The notes below the pieces were generated by a model. The model was not told where the DNA came from and made no database searches. It worked only from the letters and a program-made list of their open reading frames with translations. This document shows positions 29,350 to 40,598 of a stretch of DNA of 64,000 nucleotides, piece by piece. The DNA lies in the NCBI GenBank assembly GCA_963826715.1, contig CAWGYA010000008.1, positions 800,001-864,000 on the forward strand, written 5' to 3'. The stretch's first letter is position 1; every line of letters begins with the position of its first letter. The translations under genes and the position numbers were made by a program. Source of the stretch: Candidatus Bathyarchaeota archaeon (lineage in GTDB: Archaea; Thermoproteota; Bathyarchaeia; Bathyarchaeales; Bathycorpusculaceae).

Positions 29350-30552
29350 ATGTTGAAAATGAAAAAAGCACAAGTCGAAGGTCAAACTAAAGAAGAAGAT
29401 TTCCAAAAAAACAGTGAAAACTCTGCCTTAAGTGGCAAAGATGCTGCACAAGAGCTAAATATTGAGGATAAAATCGAGCTCCAGAGACGAGAGGCATATA
29501 TTGAACACAAAACTCGTGACTTCTTGAGAGAACTGTTACAAGATCCTGAAAAAAGAGAGTTAATTCCACTTTACACACCTGGAATCGGGTATGTATACCA
29601 GTTAACTGAAAAAGGGGTTGCCCAAAAAGCACCAATTGAACTTTCAAAAGTTTTACTTGAAAATCTGGCTATATTAGATATTTTGCAAAAAAATTTCTTT
29701 GATTCAGTTTCCTCTTGTCCACATTGCGATTCCATAATTGTTACAATGCATCACAAATGCCCAAAATGTAAGAGTCATAATGTAGAAAAAACCAATCTGA
29801 CAGAACACATTCGATGTGGCCATATCGATCAAAGAAGCATGTACATTAACGATCACTGTCCAAAATGTGGTGAACTTCTCATTGAAGGCCAATACCGAAA
29901 CATGGGCAGATGGTATGTCTGCAAACAATGCAACGAACGATTTGAAAATCCCGAGTTTGACATGATCTGCCGAACCTGTAAGAAAACCTTTTCTATCAAA
30001 GAAGCAAATGTTCAAGAGATTTCAAAATTCACTCTAAACTTGAAACGAGTGAAAGAAATTAGGCAAAACGTCGCAAGTCTAGAAAACATACGCAAAGTAT
30101 TAACTGACTTAGGTTTCCAAGTCCAAATTCCAGGATTAGCAATCGGTGAAAAAAGTGAAATGCAACATCACTTCAGTCTCATAGCTAAGAAAATAGTTAA
30201 TGGCAAAGACGTAATCATAGCTCTTGATCATGCAGTAAGTGAATCAGAAGTCACGACCTCACCAATAATACTATACATCTATAAAACATCAGAAATCAAG
30301 GTTGACATTCCAATTTTTGTCGCAATGCCCCAGTTAAATGAGAGCGCAAAGAAAGTAGCACTTGGTCACAATATTATGGTCATTGATAGTTCAACCGAAG
30401 AAAAAGAAATCATGGAAAAAATAGAGCTTGCAGTTAATAAAAGAGGCAACCAAACAACTGAAATCAATGAATCAAAAGTTACCCAACCGCAACCTAAAGC
30501 CGATTCAATATCTATTTTCAGTAGATTACTTGGAAAAAAGGTGGTAATTTAA
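29350..30552 (+). CDS. TackOD1 (thaumarchaeal output domain)-like multi-Zn-finger protein
   Basis: CPHC..CPKCKS..EHIRCG..CPKCG..YVCKQC..CRTC array, followed by a restriction-endonuclease-like fold segment. Confidence 0.7.
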   Translation: MLKMKKAQVEGQTKEEDFQKNSENSALSGKDAAQELNIEDKIELQRREAYIEHKTRDFLRELLQDPEKRELIPLYTPGIGYVYQLTEKGVAQKAPIELSKVLLENLAILDILQKNFFDSVSSCPHCDSIIVTMHHKCPKCKSHNVEKTNLTEHIRCGHIDQRSMYINDHCPKCGELLIEGQYRNMGRWYVCKQCNERFENPEFDMICRTCKKTFSIKEANVQEISKFTLNLKRVKEIRQNVASLENIRKVLTDLGFQVQIPGLAIGEKSEMQHHFSLIAKKIVNGKDVIIALDHAVSESEVTTSPIILYIYKTSEIKVDIPIFVAMPQLNESAKKVALGHNIMVIDSSTEEKEIMEKIELAVNKRGNQTTEINESKVTQPQPKADSISIFSRLLGKKVVI

Positions 30553-30701
30553 ACAAGAGGTTATAGACTGATGGGGTTTTAATCCTCTGATTAACCCCTT
30601 AACTTAATTTTTTTTTGAGTATTCATTTTTTTTGCAAAATCTTAGATACGGATTCGCTCTAAAAAATAGTGGAGAAGGCGAATCTGCGCGAACCAATTAA
30701 A

Positions 30702-30841
30702 TCAGTCAAAAATTTTGTCAAGCGACCCCGAAAATTTTGACAAATTGAATGATTCCTATAAAGTTGATAGCGCGAAATTTTTTGGAATTGTAGCGAAATT
30801 GAATGCTCAAGAAAACGAAGAAGATTCAGTCAAAAATTTTG
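30702..30841. repeat. 16-bp direct repeat TCAGTCAAAAATTTTG plus related AAAATTTTG motifs
   Basis: Identical copies at 30702-30717 and 30826-30841. Confidence 0.7.
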
Positions 30842-31192
30842 AAACCTTATCTAAAAGGATAAAAATTTTGGAAAGCAAAGAACAAATTTTTGCGGATCTG
30901 AAAACGAATAATTGTTTTTTATAAAATGGTTGCTATGTGGCAAAAAACAAAATGGGTTCTTGTCCATGCGAACTCTATAAAACATAAGATAATTTTGTCA
31001 AACCCAACTTTATTATTTGAATGGATATTTCACAACTTCGCTTTTATTATTTCAAAAGGAGAACGTGATAGCAAAAAGTGGCTTTACGCGGATTGGTTAT
31101 CAGATTAAGTGTGAACGCTAAATTTTGGTTGATGCCTTAATGAGTACAATAAACTGTCTTAGTGTGGAATCAAAAGATTAGACAGGTTTTGT

Positions 31193-31663
31193 CTATTCTT
31201 TAGTGTTTAGGTTCAGGCTTTTTCTTATTTCGTTGAGACAAGCTTTGAAAGACATTTCATTTGCGATCCAATTCGGAAGTGTCAAATCTGCCTCAGTATA
31301 TTTAGTGTTGACTTTTACTTTTGACTGAAGATTCTTTGCAAATTTTAGTTCCAGTCGACTGCCGCCTAACCCAAAAATTTTGTGGATTATGCCTAAGAAA
31401 TCTTCCATCTTGTCTGGGATGTCTTTTTTCTGGATATTAAAAGCTGCTAATTGCTGATATAAGGTGTTTTTAACTGGTTCACCCAGTGATGTTAACGTTT
31501 CATCTATGGCTAAAATTAATTGTTGTTCTAGCTTTTTTTCTGTTATACTTTTTGTGGATGTATCTATGGTGACGGCGAAAGCGGAATCAGGGTTAGAGCT
31601 AACGTTAGCTAAATTAAGCTCTTCAGTAGTTACTCCTGGTAATGACATTTTTGGTTTATTCAC
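31193..31663 (-). CDS. DUF3227/NitrOD5-like output-domain protein
   Basis: AIDETLTSLGEPVKNTLY...IPDKMEDFLGIIHKIFGLGGSRLE pattern. Confidence 0.65.
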   Translation of the reverse strand: MNKPKMSLPGVTTEELNLANVSSNPDSAFAVTIDTSTKSITEKKLEQQLILAIDETLTSLGEPVKNTLYQQLAAFNIQKKDIPDKMEDFLGIIHKIFGLGGSRLELKFAKNLQSKVKVNTKYTEADLTLPNWIANEMSFKACLNEIRKSLNLNTKE

Positions 31664-31905
31664 CTAAACCCCTTTTTCCATCATAATTTTGGTTGTTTAA
31701 GTTACTTAGGGTGATGTCGGATATATAAATATTTAACAGTCAATCAATATTGAAAATATTGATTCTAAATAAAAAATCTCCGTGACCTCCAATTTTTTGT
31801 TGGCGGCTGATGCTTGATTTTAATTTTTAGATCTTCTAAGATATGAATTCTGTGTTCACAACGTTTATTTGAGTTATTTATTAAGCGTCTTATCTAAGAA
31901 CGTGT

Positions 31906-33864
31906 ATGACCGTACTTGATACTGTTAGTGCTGTAGGAATATTGGAAGATTCATCTACTGGAAAAAATGATGCTGAGAGCTTTTATTCAATTGCTGATAG
32001 CCTAAAGGACTCAATAATTATAGTTGATGACGCAGCTAAAATTATTTATTGGAACAAATCAGCTGAGAAAACTTTCGGTTTTACAAGTGCAGAGACAATT
32101 GGAAAAGATATACACAAATTGGTGCTTCCCGCGTCTATGGGTCCTGAGGAGAAAGAGCAAATTAAAATTGGCGTTCAAATATTCTCCGAAACTGGTATGG
32201 GTTATTTCACAATTGGAAACGTCAAGTTGGTGGGTTGCCGTAAGGATAGGTCTGTGTTTCCAATTGAGCTTTCTCTTTCACCGATTAAAATTTCGGAAAA
32301 ATGGCGCGCCGTAGGTGTTGTAAAAGATATAACACAAAGAACACTTGACGAGACAAACCTTAGAGTGGCTGAACAACGCTATCATGCGTTATTTAATCAA
32401 GCACCTGTTGGTGTCCTAATTGTTGATCCTAAAAACAATTGTTTTGTCGAATTTAATGACGTTGCCCATAGTCAGTTAGGGTATAGCAGGGAAGAATTTG
32501 AAAAATTGTCTCTGGCTGAAATTGTATCTGGAAAATCAAAAAATGAAATTAAAAAAGAACTTTTTGAATTGATGAACGCCAGAGTTGGCTCGTTTGAAGC
32601 AGAGCATCAAGCAAAGTCTGGCGAAATACGGAATGTCCTTGTGAATGCCCGCGCGGTAAAATTGAAGGGTAACGAATACTTGCATTGTATTTTTCACGAT
32701 ATAACCGAAATGAGGCTCATTCAAAAACGATTACGAGAAAGCGAAAGTCAGTATCGACAATTAGTTGAGTTGGCTCAAGAAGGTGTTTGGGTTTTAACTC
32801 GAGATTATATTACTGTTTTTGTTAATCCCAAAATGTCCGAAATGTTGGAGTATGCTCCAAGTGAAATGATTGGGCAGTCTCTTTTTGATTTTTTGGAGGC
32901 TTCGACAATTCCCTTGGCGAAGGATTTCTTGGGTAAGTTCACTTATGGTGCTAGTGGTCATTTTGAATATGAATTTATTAAGAAAAATGGGTCACATGTT
33001 TATGCAAGCATTGCTGCTTCTCAAATGACCGATGATAATGGTGATTACTTAGGGACTCTTGCTCTTGTCTCTGATATTACTCTAAGAAAAGAAATGGAAA
33101 TTAAGCTGGAAAAATACTCTAAGAGTCTTGAAGAAGTCATTTCTCTTAAAAAACAAGAACTTGAAAAAGCTCATGCACAACTCATAAAGTCGGAGCGGTT
33201 GGCTGCGATTGGTGAATTGTCAGGTATGATTGGTCATGATTTGCGTAATCCTTTGGCGGGGATTAAAAATGCGGCCTATTATTTGAAGCGTAAAAGTGAC
33301 AGTTTATCTCCTCAACAGAAAGAAATGCTCGGTATTATTGATAGATGTGTAGAGTCCTCCAATAAAATAATCAATGATTTGCTTGATTATTCGCGAGAGC
33401 TTAGTTTGGACCTGAAAAATACTTCGATGGAAAAACTTATGCTTGAAATTCTAACGATGGTAAATATTCCTAAAAATGTAACACTTGTCCGAGATTTCGC
33501 TACGGATGTACCGTTTCAGGTTGATGCAAACAAAATTTCTCGGGTTTTTGCTAATCTGATGAAAAACGCTGTTGAAGCTATGCCTGCTGGCGGATTACTG
33601 TCGTTACGTAGTAAATTGGAGAATGGTGGGTTAGTAATTAGTTTTACAGATACCGGTCCAGGAATTCCCGAGGATATATTGCCAAAGTTATTCTTGCCCT
33701 TGTTTACAACAAAGGCACAAGGCATGGGTTTTGGCTTGGCAATTTGTAAGCGTATAATTGAAGCGCATGGAGGAAAAATAACGGTTATGACGGCGATAGG
33801 AAAAGGCACAATTTTTGTGATAACCTTACCTCTCGAGTCAAACAAAAAAAGTGGAAGTGCATAA
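31906..33864 (+). CDS. Cytoplasmic sensor histidine kinase with three PAS domains
   Basis: H-box GHDLRNPL, N-box NLMKNAVEAM, DTGPGI, FTTK, GMGFGL; three PAS repeats; no TM. Confidence 0.95.
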   Translation: MTVLDTVSAVGILEDSSTGKNDAESFYSIADSLKDSIIIVDDAAKIIYWNKSAEKTFGFTSAETIGKDIHKLVLPASMGPEEKEQIKIGVQIFSETGMGYFTIGNVKLVGCRKDRSVFPIELSLSPIKISEKWRAVGVVKDITQRTLDETNLRVAEQRYHALFNQAPVGVLIVDPKNNCFVEFNDVAHSQLGYSREEFEKLSLAEIVSGKSKNEIKKELFELMNARVGSFEAEHQAKSGEIRNVLVNARAVKLKGNEYLHCIFHDITEMRLIQKRLRESESQYRQLVELAQEGVWVLTRDYITVFVNPKMSEMLEYAPSEMIGQSLFDFLEASTIPLAKDFLGKFTYGASGHFEYEFIKKNGSHVYASIAASQMTDDNGDYLGTLALVSDITLRKEMEIKLEKYSKSLEEVISLKKQELEKAHAQLIKSERLAAIGELSGMIGHDLRNPLAGIKNAAYYLKRKSDSLSPQQKEMLGIIDRCVESSNKIINDLLDYSRELSLDLKNTSMEKLMLEILTMVNIPKNVTLVRDFATDVPFQVDANKISRVFANLMKNAVEAMPAGGLLSLRSKLENGGLVISFTDTGPGIPEDILPKLFLPLFTTKAQGMGFGLAICKRIIEAHGGKITVMTAIGKGTIFVITLPLESNKKSGSA

Positions 33865-33866
33865 AT

Positions 33867-34304
33867 TTGAGTAAAAAAAATAGTGTGTTAGTTGTCGATG
33901 ATGAAGATAGTATTCGAACTACAATTAAGGCGATTCTCGAAGATGAAGGCTACAAGGTGGATTTAGCTGCCACTGGCAAAGAAGCCATAGAGAAATCAAC
34001 TGCACAATTCTATAATGTGATGTTGCTTGACATACGACTGCCTGATATGGAGGGAATAGAGTTGCTAAAGAAATTAAGAACCGATATTCCTAGAACACGG
34101 AAGATAATGGTGACTGGTTTTCCTTCCTTGCAAAATACAATTGAAGCGTTAAACAAGGGTGCAGATGCTTATTTGGTGAAGCCTGTTGATGTTGAAGAAC
34201 TGCTGAAAGTGGTTAGGGAACAAATTGAAAAGCAAGTGGAAGAGCAAGAATTTAGTGAATTAAAGGTGTCTGAATTCATAGAGAGTAGAATCAAAGACAT
34301 CTAA
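33867..34304 (+). CDS. Stand-alone response regulator receiver protein
   Basis: VVDDE, LLDIRLPD, VTG, KP. Confidence 0.95.
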   Translation: MSKKNSVLVVDDEDSIRTTIKAILEDEGYKVDLAATGKEAIEKSTAQFYNVMLLDIRLPDMEGIELLKKLRTDIPRTRKIMVTGFPSLQNTIEALNKGADAYLVKPVDVEELLKVVREQIEKQVEEQEFSELKVSEFIESRIKDI

Positions 34305-34516
34305 CTGCCTGAATCAATTTTAGATACTTATTTTTTTGTTTTTATCTTTGTTAAACTGTATTTTTTTATTTTTTGGTTCCTTGTTAATCAGAATTTTTGG
34401 TTGCGTGTTGGTTTCTTTTTGGATTTTGGAACATATAAGAAATCGTAATATTGTGAACTTGAGCCTAAGGCAGTTATATTGCGCTGTGAAAGTGGAGGTA
34501 TCGAAAGGATTGAGTA

Positions 34517-35128
34517 TTGATGAACCATACTGAAACAGTGCTCTTAAAAAAATTAACAGAATCAGAACCAACACTTGACCTCTTGGGTGCTGACCGAAAA
34601 GTCTTCCAGGTTGCGTTCCAAGACTTAACCTATTATCTTAACTTTATCGAAAACATGGCTTATAAGCAACAAAATGAAAAAAGCCAAGCTAAATCAGGCA
34701 AAGAAGATGCGTCAGAATTTGAATCGTTCTTAGTAGTATGGACAGGGCTTTGGCTAAGGAAATGGAAGGAACGATTCAATCTGTTAATTGGAAAAAATAG
34801 CCAAAACCAAAATAAATCAAATGGTTTAGGTGAAGCAACGGCGAAGGGAGAATCATTGTGGACAGAGCTTGATTGCAAAGAAGAGTTGATTGGACTGGTT
34901 ATTTCGACTCTGATTAAAAACTCTGAAATATGCGGAGTAAAAATCATAGCAGAACACATATTGAAGACTGAACTGGGCAAAAAAATTGATCAAGACATCA
35001 ACAGCAAAGAGCAGACTCTGGAGATCTTTAGTAATACGTTACGGCGAACTCGTGAGATTGCCCAAAAAAACGGTCCACTAATCTCAATAAAAGTTGAAAA
35101 AAACTATTATTTGCACGCCAAAATGTAA
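34517..35128 (+). CDS. Hypothetical protein
   Basis: 203-aa ORF with upstream GGAGGT; no recognised motif. Confidence 0.6.
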   Translation: MMNHTETVLLKKLTESEPTLDLLGADRKVFQVAFQDLTYYLNFIENMAYKQQNEKSQAKSGKEDASEFESFLVVWTGLWLRKWKERFNLLIGKNSQNQNKSNGLGEATAKGESLWTELDCKEELIGLVISTLIKNSEICGVKIIAEHILKTELGKKIDQDINSKEQTLEIFSNTLRRTREIAQKNGPLISIKVEKNYYLHAKM

Positions 35129-35225
35129 CTGTGCCAGAGGGCAAAATTTTATTTTTTATCCTTTTTACTTTGTTAGGTGCGAAGGAGTTGGCCTATTTTC
35201 AGTGGGATAACGCTTTCATATTCTT

Positions 35226-35870
35226 TTAAAATAATTCTACTTCAGCAGTTGTTATCCTGCGATATCCCAGCAAAGTTTGTCCTCCGTAATTACCACAAGT
35301 TGGATCGTAGACTGTTTGGTCTTGTCTTTTGGCTTTGTTTATTCCTATTACTTTTGATATTATTCTTGAGACTTCCGCGGGGGTGTAGAATTGCCCTTTG
35401 CTTTTTCCTGATTCTGTTGCAAAGTGTCGCATCAGATATTCATATGCGTCGCCTAATAGGTCGTCTCCGTCTGCTCTATTTTGGCTAAAGTCAAGTTCAG
35501 GTTTCTGAAAAATGGCAATGAGGTTTGAGAGGCGATCTTGCATTTCTTTGCCTTGTCCGAGTTTGTCTTTTGCATCAAAATCTGCAACTGTGATAATTCC
35601 GCTTAACTCGTTTGCCTCTGCGAGTTTTGCAATGATTTTGTTTATGCCTTCTCCGATTCCCGGTTTGCCTTTGAGGGCGATCATATCGTTGAAGCTTGCG
35701 CCTTGGGGGACTATGATTACGTCGTTTTTTCCAGCATAGCGGTCAGAGACATACTTTATGAAGAGAAGGACTAAGACGTAGTCTTTGTATTGGGAGGCGT
35801 CCATGCCACCGCGTAGTTCGTCGCATGATTCCCAGATTGAGCTGTATAGTTCACTTTTCTTAACTGGCAA
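35226..35870 (-). pseudogene. hsdM: Type I R-M methyltransferase (HsdM) N-terminal fragment
   Basis: CDELRGGMDASQYKDY, LGDAYEYLM, GQFYTP, VYDPTCG; homology stops at motif I (~35292). Confidence 0.85.
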
Positions 35871-36066
35871 AGTCTACACCCAAGCGTATGTTAATTTGAT
35901 TGTCATATGATGGACAAGCGCGTGCTATTAGAATCTTATTTTTATTTTTATTTCATGCGCTTCTTTTAGACATCCGTGAAGGTTGACGATTTTTCCCAAT
36001 TTACTATTCTCAGGTCTTCTTTCATTCGTCAAGGCGCGCGACGAAGCTACCGGCAATTATTAATCT

Positions 36067-37102
36067 TTAATCTGTTCGATATTTCTGAAATAGCTCATCG
36101 GTTATAAAATACAATTTACCTCTCGTTCTTGAACAAGCAACGTAAAATTTGTTTTTCGTTTGGGGATTCAATTTGTGCAGTTGATTTCTATCGAATAACC
36201 TTTTCGTTGTTTTATTAAACACAACGCATACATCGTTGAAATGATCAATTCCTTTTGAGCTTCCCCAATTTAGACTTAAACATCCGTACTTTGAGTGTTC
36301 CCTGTAAAACAATTTAATAATTGAGTTGTCTTCGATTATAAAATCAGCATCTGCTTGCTTTGTTATGCTTATGATATCCGTTTCCTTATTAGCAACTGAA
36401 CATATGTCTATCCCTACATTGTTTTTAATAAAATCACATACTGATTTGCTACAGCGGTAACTATTATTTAGAGATGTTATATCAACTGTTAGACCCATTG
36501 ATTTGAATTCTTTCTTGTATGAATCATAGTCGGAGAAGAGGTTACAGTTCACATTTCCATCAACGCTTGTGTCAAAAGTGTGTTGATAAAAATCCCCTAC
36601 CAACAGTATATCACAATTAACTTTAGCAAGACTTTTTAATAAATTGAAATCGTGTCCAGCAAAATCTTGTATTTCATCTATAAAGATAGAATCAAAATAT
36701 TTCTCTATGCTGAGCATTTATTTCTCGCAATATATTAAATGTTTCACAAAGCTTTGCAATTCGATTATGGTACAGTCGTCTATTACAATCCAAATAAAAC
36801 TTAAGATCAGTCCTTTTACAATACATTGTATCAGGGTGTGGTTGTTTCCATCTTATTCCATTAGATTTTACTTTATATGACAATAATGGTTTAAAACAAA
36901 AAGAATGTAGAAATGTAAAGTACGATAGTAGTTTAATATTTTTAGGAAAATAACCAAATCTTTCGATTATTCTACTTCTTAAAGTAAATACATTATTCTC
37001 GGTATATGTGATAAGTAGGAAGCGGTTTTCAAGGTTTAGCTTATTTATGATATGTGTTGTTTTTCCTGAACCTGCAACAGCGAAAATCACTCGTTTATCC
37101 AT
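36067..37102 (-). CDS. gajB: Gabija GajB-like UvrD-family helicase (apparent +1 frameshift at ~36711)
   Basis: AVAGSGKTT, LITYT, FIDEIQD, VGDFYQ, SYRC, SKG, YVACSR; removing one base restores INARIEKYFD (~344 aa). Confidence 0.75.
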
Positions 37103-38647
37103 TGAATGGCTTCCTGAATGTATTGAGGAACGGTTATTGCACAAGCTTTCTTTTCTAAAAGTTCAAACGCACTATCGGCTTTGTTTTTAAGCATATACTC
37201 TTGAGCAGGTAATTTTTTTGTTGTAAATACTTCATCACATATTGCCTTATTATCGGCATAAACGCAAATTTCAAATGTTCTTTTTGTTTTATCAAGGTCA
37301 TAACAAATTTTTATAGTCTTAATTGCTGCATAGTCGGCATATTTTTGAGTTAAATCTTCGATAGCGCCATCATTATCAGTAATAACAACTGTTTTGATTG
37401 CTAAGGTTTTAGCAAGATCTAGATATCGTTTAAAGCTTGTTCCACCTACCGCAATAACATGAACACCTGAGTCGTTCAGTTCTTTCTTTGCAAAATTGCG
37501 ATACATAGCTTCCATTAAAATATACTCAGCATCACCTTCGACTAAAATTACCTTCTTTGAAAGGACAAATCGTAGAATGTTATTATTCGGAGATTTCATG
37601 AAGAATTTTGCTGTGTCTTCTGACAAACAATTAAGCGTAACTAAAGAGGTATTCTTGTTATTTAGTAAAATTGTGTTTCGCAAGTCAAGTCGTGCGCTTA
37701 TCAAATCACTATGGGTTGCTATGAATATCTGTTTTTTTTCTGTTCCCTGTATTTTTCGGATAAGCTGTTGCATGTTTGAATGGCTCAAATGATTTTCTGG
37801 CTCTTCAATTAGAACGATATTTAATTCCTTTTGCGACTGCAAGGCTAACTCTGTTTTAATAAAACATTGTTTACCTTTTCCTTTGTTGTCTATACTAATG
37901 TTATTCTCTAAAATGGCTAAATCGTTTTCCAAACTGGCTCTTAAGTTATATTTTAATTGCAAAGCTATAATTTGGAATCCTACCATCTAAAGCTGATAAA
38001 ACTTCTTTTTTGAATTTCTCTTTGTGATCTCTATATTTGTGCTGATTAGTTAGTTTTTCAACGCCTTGTACGCTCGCATTATAGATTTCCTGCACATATT
38101 CCTTTATTGCATATTCACTACTTGTTTGAGAATTATCAACTAATATATGTCTGACAAATTTTCGATAACTATTATAAGACTTATTTGCAAAAGTGGTAAA
38201 TTCAATAGAATAATATTCAAATGGAAAATTTGATTCTTGTTTTAATAAAATTTCTTTTATCTGCTGGCTATAATTATCATTTGGTTTGCATACTAACCTT
38301 AATCCATCGCAGTTAAACTGTTTATTATTAAATTTACCACAGAGCTCATCATTATCTTGTTCATTCAAATACAATTCAACAATTAACTCGGGTAATTCAT
38401 TGTATTTTCGCTCAGATTTCATAAATTTTTCGATTGGCTCAGAATCAAAAAGATTATCTAAACCTATACTTTCAATCTTATTTCTGCTTCCACTTAAGAC
38501 AATATCAATTGCTTGTAAAATTGAACTTTTACCTGCCTCGTTATCTCCAATCAATATATTTAACTGACTGTTAAAGTCAACTTCTAAGCAAGCAAATCGT
38601 TTGAAGTTCTGCAATAGAATTTTTGTAATTACTGGATCATTAGGCAT
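37087..38647 (-). CDS. gajA: Gabija GajA-like OLD-family ABC-ATPase/TOPRIM nuclease (apparent +1 frameshift at ~37952)
   Basis: LQNFKRF, GDNEAGKS, IEEPENHL, ATHS, TOPRIM LVEGDAE and TDND; overlaps the helicase start (~519 aa when joined). Confidence 0.78.
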
Positions 38648-39011
38648 GCGTTACGTTGGTATATAATTTATTTATATATTCTTCGTAATTCCACTTTTGA
38701 AGATTGAAAGCATAATTGAGATAATTATCAACCGTATACTTCTCAGAACACTATAGCTACACACGAGGGGTAAGTTTTCATGTGTTTTTTACCCCTCACT
38801 ACTATTACTATATCCAACCTACCTTAACCATAGGTAACTATCTGTTTTTTCTGGTTACCTTCAATAAACGTCAAGGTTGGTTGGTTGGATAGATTTTCTA
38901 TGCCGAATTTCATATTACTCGATTGAGATACTGCCTAACTTGATCAATACTGACCGATTGTTTTTTTTTGAACCTAACATAAAAAGGCATTCTGCTTCAA
39001 AGCTTGTTTTT

Positions 39012-39050
39012 AGATAATGTACGTCTAAGAGTTTTAGACATACATTATCT
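39012..39050. repeat. Palindromic site, copy 1
   Basis: AGATAATGTACGTCTAA-gagtt-TTAGACATACATTATCT (17-bp arms, 1 mismatch). Confidence 0.85.
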
Positions 39051-39457
39051 TAGTAACCTAATTAACAACTACCTTGAACCACACCAAACTACCGCAAAAG
39101 ACACAAACCGATTGTAACCGTTAGTTTTGTGTGTGTGGGATTAAAAATTAATCCAGCCAACCAACTCCACGCTTAGTAGACTAAGGCACATTGGCAGTAG
39201 ACACGGTTCAAGAAATACTTAGAAGAATAACCATATAGGTATAATCGGAATCGAGTATACGGTTAAAAAACAACAATCTTTTTAGTGATTCAGACCAAAA
39301 TAGACTTTAAGATTATTGAACTTAAAAATCCAGAATACCAAAGCATTCCGCTTTTTCAAACAAAGCAGGAGATAATTATACTCTTGAATGAATGTGTTCA
39401 TTAGGCTTAAACAAACATTATAAGGCAACATATTGATGGCTTAAAACAGGTAATCAA

Positions 39458-39958
39458 ATGCAAAATCAGGCACAGAAAAATATTGTAGACTATATATCAC
39501 GTAGACTTTCAGAGTTTTTCGTAGTAACAAATGACCCATATGATGGAGCTACGAATTACTACAAGGCGCATGAGATGCTTAAACCATTTTCTAAAAACTC
39601 CATAAAAATGACCATTGAAATTCATAGAATTATTACCGCTGAAGCTGCAAAAAAGTATAGTATTTTTCCTAAACGAATCGGGGACTCAAAAATGGAGATT
39701 GACCTTTGGAGGGAGGTTGACAAAACTGCTTATGAGATAATCTTAGGTGATGGGGCAGAGATTTGGAAAGATATTTTGAAGGCAATTCTTGTTGGTGCTT
39801 CAACGCTCATTGTTTTTTGTAGACACTACCCCGACACCGCAATGAAGGGAAATAAAGAAATAGCAAATAATGTTAGGAATTTAGAAAAGTATCTTCAGGG
39901 TAAGCTAGATGTTCAAGTGGTGCTAATTCCAGGGTATACGCCGACATCATTGAGATAG
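39458..39958 (+). CDS. Hypothetical protein, possible PD-(D/E)XK nuclease fold
   Basis: EIDLW...TAYEI...KDILKA pattern resembles a nuclease catalytic core. Confidence 0.5.
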   Translation: MQNQAQKNIVDYISRRLSEFFVVTNDPYDGATNYYKAHEMLKPFSKNSIKMTIEIHRIITAEAAKKYSIFPKRIGDSKMEIDLWREVDKTAYEIILGDGAEIWKDILKAILVGASTLIVFCRHYPDTAMKGNKEIANNVRNLEKYLQGKLDVQVVLIPGYTPTSLR

Positions 39959-40306
39959 AATTTTTCGAAAAATAACTAAAGGTATTTTTTCGAAGTATTT
40001 GAAATCCCTCTCAACCCGTATTCTAAGTTCCTGATTCTGTAAACACGTAAGACGTTTCATAAGCTGTAAAACGTAAGGAATTTGACTTTGGTCTGTAATT
40101 TTAAAGCCCCTTTCTTGATTTTGTTTAAAGAACCAACCAGAGTATATCTTGGATCGGGTTGGTGCCTTCATTGCAGGTATTATAGCAGGCATAGTAAATT
40201 ATGCAACCGACGCTATGATTGCCGCTATTTTTCAGCCTTCACAGCATTTGATCCAGCAATAGCTGTACCGAGCTTTATTTTTGCGGGCTTTTTATTTTTA
40301 ATATGG

Positions 40307-40342
40307 ATAATGTATGTCTAAAGAAGTTAAGACATACATTAT
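40307..40342. repeat. Palindromic site, copy 2
   Basis: ATAATGTATGTCT-aaagaagtta-AGACATACATTAT (perfect 13-bp arms). Confidence 0.85.
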
Positions 40343-40598
40343 TAAAAATTATTATTTACTCCTGTAGCCAATATTTTCCAAAAGCTAACAATAGTTTATC
40401 TTGCCAAACTTGACAAACCATCCACAAACAACTGCAACCTTCAATTTGTGTGTGGGGGGACTAAATTTTAGTTTAGGTAATTGTAACCGATTTTCTTTGA
40501 AGTTTGCATTAAACGAGCTCAATTATGTGTGGGGCAAATATTAGAAAACAATGTTTTTTCAGAAAAAGTTTTCCGTGTACACATACACATAGATGATT

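Noticed and set aside
30715-31108. Two short plus-strand ORFs (69 and 60 aa)
   Set aside because: No recognisable motif or SD; they overlap an AT-rich repeated-motif region
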